Part shown: in pieces, positions 57,427 to 64,000 of the stretch
How positions within the stretch are numbered: the stretch's first letter is position 1
How the letters are laid out: every line of letters starts with the position of its first letter
Notes under the pieces: model-generated
Databases searched by the model: none
The model's input: only the letters and a program-made list of their open reading frames with translations
What the model was told of the DNA's origin: nothing
DNA from: an uncultured Lachnospira sp.
GTDB taxonomy: Bacteria > Bacillota > Clostridia > Lachnospirales > Lachnospiraceae
Assembly: GCA_964482965.1 (NCBI GenBank)
Contig: CAYZZP010000014.1
Location: 552-64,551, forward strand
DNA: 64,000 nucleotides
Direction of reading: 5' to 3'
Program-made: the position numbers and the translations under genes

Positions 57427-59790
57427 ATGATTAAAGTGTTTTTCGACAAGCTATACAGGTATCCAAGAATTGCAGAGCCTTGCAACGTTGCAGTTCCGTT
57501 TAAAAAGGGAGAGCTTCAGTCTTTGGACGGTATTGCGGTTATTCAGGACGGAAGGGCTTTGCCTATTCAGCCAAAGGTTACATCAAGGCATGAGGACGGT
57601 TCAATACGTTGGTTGTTTGTAAGATTTATGGCGGATTTGCCGGCAAATAAGAGCGCGGTGGTGGAGCTTGATACAGCTTCTGCACTTGTAAATGATGCGG
57701 CGGGAGTTGTTACAGAGCGCACTGAGGGCGGATATTTTGTCAATACCGGAGTTCTCCGATTTGGACTTAAAAATAACAGTGACAGCATATTTGATATGAT
57801 TGACGATGGCAATAAAATATATACTTCAAAGAATTTTGTGGGACCGTTTCTTAAGGATGGCGGCGGAAATGCTTATGCATGTACTGTCGGCGAGTGGAAT
57901 ATAGTTGAGAGCGGTGCAGTATGTGCAATTCTTTCCGCAAAGGGAAGTAATGTATGCGCTTCCGCCGGCAGGAAAATTGACTTTGAACTTAGAATAACAG
58001 CATATGCAGGAAAGCCGTGGATAGAGGTTGCTTACAGAATTATCAACACAAGCAACAGCGAGTTAAAGATAGATTCCCTTGTATTTTATGAGAAAGCTGA
58101 TGAGAACAGCGTAATTTCAGAAAAAATAGTTCCTATGAACATGGCGGCAGACACGGATTCTACAGGCTGCGGAGACGCTCCTACAGATATATCAGGCTGC
58201 GACGGACCGATATTCCATACAAGAGGAATTAACGAGCTTGAACTGCTGGAAAAGAAAGCTCCGGTTTCAGGAGTGAGAACGCTGGTTGGAAGCTCGAATT
58301 ATAAAACAGATTTTTATGTGGGAAGGGACGGAGCAGAGGTAAATAAATGCATAGACGCGGAGTACCTTTTGAAGGAGGCTAACGAGCATTATGCGGAGGT
58401 GCTTTACGGAACGTTTATGGCAGACAGGACCGACAGCGACGGCGGAGTGTGCATTACTGTATTTCAGGCGCAGCAGAATTTCCCTAAGGCTGTGAAAGCT
58501 GATAAGAATGGTATCGCGGTTATGCTGGTGCCGCAGGGCATGGGAGACGTTATAATGCAGCCGGGTATGGCGAGAGAGCAGAAGTTCCTTATGCATTTCC
58601 ACAGGGCAGAGGAGCCGATTCTGGAGCTTGACAACAGGAGCCTTATATATCAGATGCCTGACAGACCTTGTATATCTGCGGAGATATTTAAAAAGGCGAA
58701 GGTTATGCTTGATGTATTTCCAGAGAAATTAAATGACGACGTGGAAATATCTCTTATAGGCAGGGCGGACGGTCACTCAAGATGTTACGGTATGCTCAAC
58801 TGGGGAGATTCGTGGGATCCGGGCTATACAAGGCAGGGAAGAGGCAACGGCAAGCCTGTATGGTGCAACAATGAGTATGATTACCCTCATTCATGTGCGC
58901 TGCAGTATGCAAGAACCGGAGTGAGAAGATTTCTTGATTACTTGTTTGTATCAGCGCAGCACTGGATGGATGTGGACGTTTGCCACTACAGTGATAATCC
59001 GTTAAGAATCGGCGGACAGTGGGAACACACGGCCGGACACAGCAAGAACGGTATTATGGTATGCTCTCATGAATGGGTTGAAGGCCTTTTGGACTATTAT
59101 CATTTTTCGGGAGACGAGAGAGCCTATGAGACTGCTGTCGGTATTGGTGAAAATGTACTCAGGCTTCTTGACACGCCTGTGTACGCCCACGCAGGAGAGG
59201 CTAACGCAAGAGAGACAGGCTGGGCGCTTCGTACGCTTACAGCTCTCTACATAGAGACAAGGGATACTAAGTGGACTGCAAAATGCGAGTGGATTATTAA
59301 CAGTTTCAAGGTGTGGGAGGAGGAATACGGTAACTGGCTGGCTCCTTACACCGATAATACGGCTATCAGAGTAGGATTTATGATATCTGTAGCTGTTGGA
59401 AGCGTTATGAGATATTACAGAGAATTTCCTAGACAGGATATAAAGGATATGATTATAAGGGCTGTAGACGACCTTATCGACAACTGCCTGCTTGACAACG
59501 GGCTGTTCTATTACAAAGAGCTTCCAAGCCTCCAGAGGCTTGGCAACAATACGCTTTTGTTAGAGTCGCTGGCTATCGCCTATGAGCTTACGGGCGACAG
59601 TAAATATCTTGAGCCGGGAAGAAAGACATTTGCAAGGGCGATAAGGGAGGCGGCACCGTTAACTAACGGAGCAAAAGAGCATATCGACGACGCAGTTATA
59701 TGCGCAGGAGGAAGCAGCAAGGGATTTGCACAGAGCTTTATACCTCTTATTACGTATTACAAGGCGCTTTCTGAGTGCGATATGATTTAA
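57427..59790 (+). CDS. YetA/PL26 (exo-rhamnogalacturonan lyase)-like protein, no signal peptide
   Basis: N-terminal VPF..G...LPIQ....HEDGSIRWL; C-terminal GMLNWGD, WCNNEYD, HWMDVD, HEWVEGL, RETGWAL; AGGAG before ATG 57427. Confidence 0.6.
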   Translation: MIKVFFDKLYRYPRIAEPCNVAVPFKKGELQSLDGIAVIQDGRALPIQPKVTSRHEDGSIRWLFVRFMADLPANKSAVVELDTASALVNDAAGVVTERTEGGYFVNTGVLRFGLKNNSDSIFDMIDDGNKIYTSKNFVGPFLKDGGGNAYACTVGEWNIVESGAVCAILSAKGSNVCASAGRKIDFELRITAYAGKPWIEVAYRIINTSNSELKIDSLVFYEKADENSVISEKIVPMNMAADTDSTGCGDAPTDISGCDGPIFHTRGINELELLEKKAPVSGVRTLVGSSNYKTDFYVGRDGAEVNKCIDAEYLLKEANEHYAEVLYGTFMADRTDSDGGVCITVFQAQQNFPKAVKADKNGIAVMLVPQGMGDVIMQPGMAREQKFLMHFHRAEEPILELDNRSLIYQMPDRPCISAEIFKKAKVMLDVFPEKLNDDVEISLIGRADGHSRCYGMLNWGDSWDPGYTRQGRGNGKPVWCNNEYDYPHSCALQYARTGVRRFLDYLFVSAQHWMDVDVCHYSDNPLRIGGQWEHTAGHSKNGIMVCSHEWVEGLLDYYHFSGDERAYETAVGIGENVLRLLDTPVYAHAGEANARETGWALRTLTALYIETRDTKWTAKCEWIINSFKVWEEEYGNWLAPYTDNTAIRVGFMISVAVGSVMRYYREFPRQDIKDMIIRAVDDLIDNCLLDNGLFYYKELPSLQRLGNNTLLLESLAIAYELTGDSKYLEPGRKTFARAIREAAPLTNGAKEHIDDAVICAGGSSKGFAQSFIPLITYYKALSECDMI

Positions 59791-59845
59791 CCGTATGAAA
59801 TATTTATTAAATGGACGAAAGCGGTCTGTAGGATGCAATATCCCC

Positions 59846-59875
59846 TTGATTTTAGGCGGTTAATTCCGTTATAAT
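59846..59875 (+). promoter_or_regulatory. SigA promoter candidate for the isomerase gene
   Basis: TTGATT-18-TATAAT. Confidence 0.55.
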
Positions 59876-59978
59876 TAATTTAATAAAAACACAGACAAAG
59901 CGGATTATTAATATCCGCTTTGACTTTTTATTTGAATTTTATGAAATGCTGCGAAATGGCGGCGGATAGGAGACGTAT

Positions 59979-60815
59979 ATGAGAATTGGTATAAGAGCAC
60001 ATGATGTAAAATATGCCCCGTTGGAGGAGCTTATCCCCAACATTCACAATCAGGGCTTTCACTGTATGCACATTGCGTTAAGCAAGTCTATTAAAGAATT
60101 TAAGCCGGAAATCAGCACTATGACGCCGGGACTTGCCATGTATATGAAGGAACTGTGCGCCGAGAATAAGGTTGATGTGGCGGTGCTTGGCTGCTATCTT
60201 AATCTCTGCAATCCTAATCCGGAGCAGCATGCGAAGATTGTCGAAAAATATAAGGCGCATATAAGATTTGCAAGCATATTGGGCTGCGGCGTTGTAGGCA
60301 CCGAGACAGGGGCGGTCAATGAGGAATACAAGTATGAGCCTGCCAACCATACGGAAGAGGCGCTCAATACATTTATTGAGAATTTAAGACCGATTGTAAA
60401 ATATGCAGAGCAGTTTGGCGTTATATTTGCCATAGAGCCTGTGTGGAAGCATATAGTATGCACTGTAGAGAGGGCAAAGAAGGTGCTTGACGCCATTGAT
60501 TCGCCTAATCTTCAGATTATATTTGACCCGGTAAATCTTCTCTGTGTGGAAAATCTTCCTCAGCAGGACGAAATTATCCAAAAGGCATTTGAACTGCTGG
60601 GTGACAATATTGCTGTTGTGCATTGCAAGGATTATGTTGTGGAGGGCAATGAATTAAAGTCAATAGCGGCGGGAACAGGAAGTCTTAACTATCCGCTCCT
60701 TTTGAAGCTGGTTAAGCAGTATAAGCCGTATGTTCACTGTACTCTTGAGAATACTGTTCCGGAAAATGCAGTTGCCACAAGGGAGTTTATGGAAAAGACA
60801 TATGCAGAGGCATAA
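59979..60815 (+). CDS. Sugar phosphate isomerase/epimerase (AP-endonuclease-2 TIM barrel)
   Basis: LGCYLN, VGTETG, AIEP, IFDPVN, HCKD, LEN metal ligands. Confidence 0.88.
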   Translation: MRIGIRAHDVKYAPLEELIPNIHNQGFHCMHIALSKSIKEFKPEISTMTPGLAMYMKELCAENKVDVAVLGCYLNLCNPNPEQHAKIVEKYKAHIRFASILGCGVVGTETGAVNEEYKYEPANHTEEALNTFIENLRPIVKYAEQFGVIFAIEPVWKHIVCTVERAKKVLDAIDSPNLQIIFDPVNLLCVENLPQQDEIIQKAFELLGDNIAVVHCKDYVVEGNELKSIAAGTGSLNYPLLLKLVKQYKPYVHCTLENTVPENAVATREFMEKTYAEA

Positions 60816-60953
60816 GACCGGCATACGCTTTTGAGTAGGATTGATACTGTATATGAGCTGAATAGTACTGAATACTTGCCTTTTTTATTGGAAAATACTA
60901 TAATATAAGGTAATGTTTTACTAACTTTCTACACTTTGACGCGGAGGTAGGGT

Positions 60954-63257
60954 ATGCCGGAAAAAAATGTACTTGAAAAGAATACCAATATAGTGACAGA
61001 AAAAATAGAAAAATCAGTGGATACGCCAGCAGATTTTACAAGTCCGGAGGAGCTTTATGACAAGCTTATAAAGGAGATTAAGAGTTATCATCCATCATCA
61101 GACCTTTCAGATATAGAAAAGGCGTATAAAATTGCAAAAAATGCACATGAGGGACAGAAGCGCAAGTCGGGCGAGCCGTACATTATTCACCCTTTATGCG
61201 TTGCAATTATTCTGGCAGAACTGGAGCTTGACAAGGAGACGATTATAGCGGGACTGCTCCATGATGTGGTGGAGGATACTGTGATGACGAGCGAGGACGT
61301 GACAAAGGAGTTCGGCTCTGAGGTTGCGCTTCTTGTGGACGGCGTTACGAAGCTTACTCAGTTAAATTATCAGCATGATAAAATCGAGGTTCAGGCTGAA
61401 AATTTAAGAAAAATGTTCCTTGCTATGGCAAAGGATATCCGCGTTATTATGATTAAGCTGGCGGACAGACTGCACAATATGCGTACCATGCAGTACCAGT
61501 CTCCGCCAAAGCAGGTTGAAAAGTCAAGAGAGACTATGGAAATTTATGCGCCTATTGCACACAGGCTTGGTATTTCTAAGATTAAAGTGGAGCTGGACGA
61601 TTTGTCCATGCAGTACCTTATGCCTGAGGTATATAAAGACCTTGTGGAGCAGGTTAATATTAACAGACCGGGCAGAGAGGCATTTATCCAGAGCATAATT
61701 AAGGAGGTAGGAATGCACATAAGCAACGCCGGCATTGAGGCAGAGATAGACGGCAGGGTTAAGCATTTCTTCTCAATTTACAGAAAAATGGTGAACCAGA
61801 ACAAAACTCTGGACCAGATTTATGATATATTTGCGGTGCGTATTAAGGTGGAGTCTGTAAAGGACTGCTATGCAGCTCTCGGAGTTATACACGAAATGTA
61901 TAAGCCTATTCCGGGGCGTTTTAAGGACTATATAGCCATGCCTAAGCCTAATATGTACCAGTCGCTGCACACAACACTCATAGCTTCCAACGGACAGCCG
62001 TTTGAGATACAGATAAGAACCTATGAGATGCACAGAACTGCTGAATACGGTATTGCAGCCCACTGGAAATATAAAGAGGGCGTTGCGGGAAAGCCGGGCG
62101 GACAGGAGAGTGAGGAGGCAAAGTTAAGCTGGCTGCGCCAGATGCTTGAATGGCAGAAGGAAATGTCGGACAACAAGGAGTTTCTTTCGTCCATCAAGAA
62201 TGATTTGGATTTGTTCTCCGACAGTATTTATTGCTTTACGCCTACAGGGGATGTCAAAAATCTTCCGGCAGGCTCATGTCCTGTAGATTTTGCCTATAGT
62301 ATCCACAGCGCCGTCGGCAATAAAATGGTTGGCGCAAGGGTAAACGGCAAGCTTGTAAATATTGATTATAAGCTAAAGAGCGGCGACAGAGTTGAGATTA
62401 TCACTTCTCAAAATTCTAAGGGACCAAGCCGGGACTGGCTTGGAATTGTAAAGAGTACTCAGGCTCGCAATAAGATTAACCAGTGGTTTAAGCAGGAGCT
62501 TAAGGAAGATAATATAATAAAGGGCAAGGAGCTTATCACGAATTACTGCAAGAGTAAGGGTTATGTTATCTCAGACCTTATGAAGCCGGAATATATGGAA
62601 AAGGCTCTTGCCAAGTACGGTTTTAAGGACTGGGATTCTATGCTGGCCTCAGTGGGGCATGGCGGTCTTAAGGAAGGTCAGATTGTAAATAAACTTTATG
62701 AGGAAAATGAAAAGCGCAAGAAGGCTGAAGTTACCGATAAGGCTGTGCTTGAGGGAATTTCCCAGACTGATAACAAGAATAAAGACAAGTACAAGAAGAA
62801 CAAGGGCGGTATCACTGTAAAAGGTATCCATGATGTGGCGGTGCGTTTTTCAAAGTGCTGTAATCCTGTTCCGGGGGACGAGATTGTGGGCTTTGTCACA
62901 AGAGGCAGAGGGGTCACGATTCACCGGACAGATTGCATAAACGTAATTAATTTCCCTGAAAACGAGAGGGAAAGGCTTATAGACGCAGAGTGGGAGCAGA
63001 CGGATACCTCCTCTGAGACATATATTGCGGAAATCAATATATTTGCCAATAACCGTACAGGGCTTATTGTAGATATTTCAAGAATATTTACAGAGGCAAA
63101 TATTGACGTGAGATTTATGAACAGCCGCGTCAACAAGAAAGGTCAGGCTACAATAAATCTCGGCTTTGAGATTCATGGAAGAGATGAGCTTACAAAGCTT
63201 ATTGAGAAACTAAGAGCGATAGACGGCGTAACTGATATTATCAGGGCTATGGGCTGA
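60954..63257 (+). CDS. relA: Bifunctional (p)ppGpp synthetase/hydrolase Rel
   Basis: RKSGEPYIIHP, LHDVVED, KLADRLHNMRT, YQSLHT, EIQIRT, TGS, CCNPVPGD, ACT. Confidence 0.97.
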   Translation: MPEKNVLEKNTNIVTEKIEKSVDTPADFTSPEELYDKLIKEIKSYHPSSDLSDIEKAYKIAKNAHEGQKRKSGEPYIIHPLCVAIILAELELDKETIIAGLLHDVVEDTVMTSEDVTKEFGSEVALLVDGVTKLTQLNYQHDKIEVQAENLRKMFLAMAKDIRVIMIKLADRLHNMRTMQYQSPPKQVEKSRETMEIYAPIAHRLGISKIKVELDDLSMQYLMPEVYKDLVEQVNINRPGREAFIQSIIKEVGMHISNAGIEAEIDGRVKHFFSIYRKMVNQNKTLDQIYDIFAVRIKVESVKDCYAALGVIHEMYKPIPGRFKDYIAMPKPNMYQSLHTTLIASNGQPFEIQIRTYEMHRTAEYGIAAHWKYKEGVAGKPGGQESEEAKLSWLRQMLEWQKEMSDNKEFLSSIKNDLDLFSDSIYCFTPTGDVKNLPAGSCPVDFAYSIHSAVGNKMVGARVNGKLVNIDYKLKSGDRVEIITSQNSKGPSRDWLGIVKSTQARNKINQWFKQELKEDNIIKGKELITNYCKSKGYVISDLMKPEYMEKALAKYGFKDWDSMLASVGHGGLKEGQIVNKLYEENEKRKKAEVTDKAVLEGISQTDNKNKDKYKKNKGGITVKGIHDVAVRFSKCCNPVPGDEIVGFVTRGRGVTIHRTDCINVINFPENERERLIDAEWEQTDTSSETYIAEINIFANNRTGLIVDISRIFTEANIDVRFMNSRVNKKGQATINLGFEIHGRDELTKLIEKLRAIDGVTDIIRAMG

Positions 63258-63347
63258 TTTGGCGGTAGCAGGCTGCGAAGCTTGCCTGTGGCGACAGGTC
63301 TGCAATACGATTGCAGTATGATTGGAGAACAGGGAGGGCGTTCGCAT

Positions 63348-63980
63348 ATGAGCATTAAAATTTATCATGCCGTACTCGGCGAAATAGGGACAAATTGTTA
63401 TGTCATAGTTAATGAAGCTGTAAAAAAGTGCATAATTGTGGATCCCGCAGACCAGCCGGAGGCTGTCAGCGCTATGATTGACAAGTGCGGCTGTGTGCCG
63501 GAGGCAGTTTTTCTTACGCATGGACATTACGACCATATGACTGCGGCGGATGATATAAGGGCTAAATATAATATTAATATATATGCGGGAGAGCATGAAA
63601 AAGATGTTTTGCAGCAGCCGGACAAAAATTTGTCGGGCATTATGGGAAGACGTCAGGTGTCTGTTAAGGCTGATGTGTGGCTTAAGGACGGTGAGGAGCT
63701 GGAAATGGCAGGCATTAAGATAAAGGTGCTGCACACTCCGGGACATACGGAGGGCGGCGTGTGTTACTATATAGAGGAGGCTTCAGCACTGTTTTCGGGG
63801 GATACTCTGTTTGCCGAATCGGTGGGAAGGACAGATTTTCCTACAGGAAGTATGGGAAAGCTTATAAATGGAATTAAGAGTAAAATCTTGCCGCTGCCTG
63901 GGGATACCGCTGTTTATCCGGGACATGGCGACGCCACAACCATAGCTTATGAGAAGCAGTATAATCCATACTGCCAATGA
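63348..63980 (+). CDS. MBL-fold metallo-hydrolase (glyoxalase II-like)
   Basis: THGHYDH, TPGHT, SGDTLF, PGHG; GGAGG before ATG 63348. Confidence 0.92.
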   Translation: MSIKIYHAVLGEIGTNCYVIVNEAVKKCIIVDPADQPEAVSAMIDKCGCVPEAVFLTHGHYDHMTAADDIRAKYNINIYAGEHEKDVLQQPDKNLSGIMGRRQVSVKADVWLKDGEELEMAGIKIKVLHTPGHTEGGVCYYIEEASALFSGDTLFAESVGRTDFPTGSMGKLINGIKSKILPLPGDTAVYPGHGDATTIAYEKQYNPYCQ

Positions 63981-64000
63981 TTGGAGCCTAAATATATGAT

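Noticed and set aside
1274-63977. Many short ORFs in the track overlapping larger genes (for example 18951-19532, 24127-24690, 44070-44618, 63210-63746)
   Set aside because: Antisense or alternate-frame shadows of well-supported genes, with no motifs of their own
63985-64000. Start of the next gene (GGAG then ATG near 63996)
   Set aside because: Too little sequence before the window ends to call

Overview
A 64-kb, mostly core-genome chromosomal window from a low-GC, spore-forming Firmicute (gene repertoire looks Clostridia/Lachnospiraceae-like; this is an inference). Most genes are on the + strand. Contents in order: a Cys/Met sulfur cluster (amino-acid ABC transporter, LysR, metI-like, patB/malY, cysK, ferredoxin); GH3 hexosaminidase; DUF362; thioredoxin; a radical-SAM/DUF4130 pair with SOS-like boxes; hom; RNase HI; Ala/Gly symporter; a xylose-type operon (DUF4867, fucose-isomerase-like XylA-II, xylB, tal, ROK regulator); hisC; queH; THF riboswitch-folT; DinG-like helicase; purL; a degenerate asnB; icd; hflX; folA; divergent sporulation amidase and sleC; degV; L20 leader-infC-rpmI-rplT; trigger-factor-like lipoprotein; dut; nrdG; a PL26-like protein; rel. 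I saw no CRISPR array, tRNA/rRNA, transposase or prophage. The most notable unannotated feature is a 126-bp three-hairpin, pseudoknot-capable insert flanked by a 13-bp duplication of the ribosome-binding site in the xylose-operon leader (21841-21992). Others: a multi-deletion mnmA remnant, a truncated mgtC, an AsnB with Cys2->Ser, and several short tandem expansions. All protein family calls come from motif recognition by eye; no database search was run.
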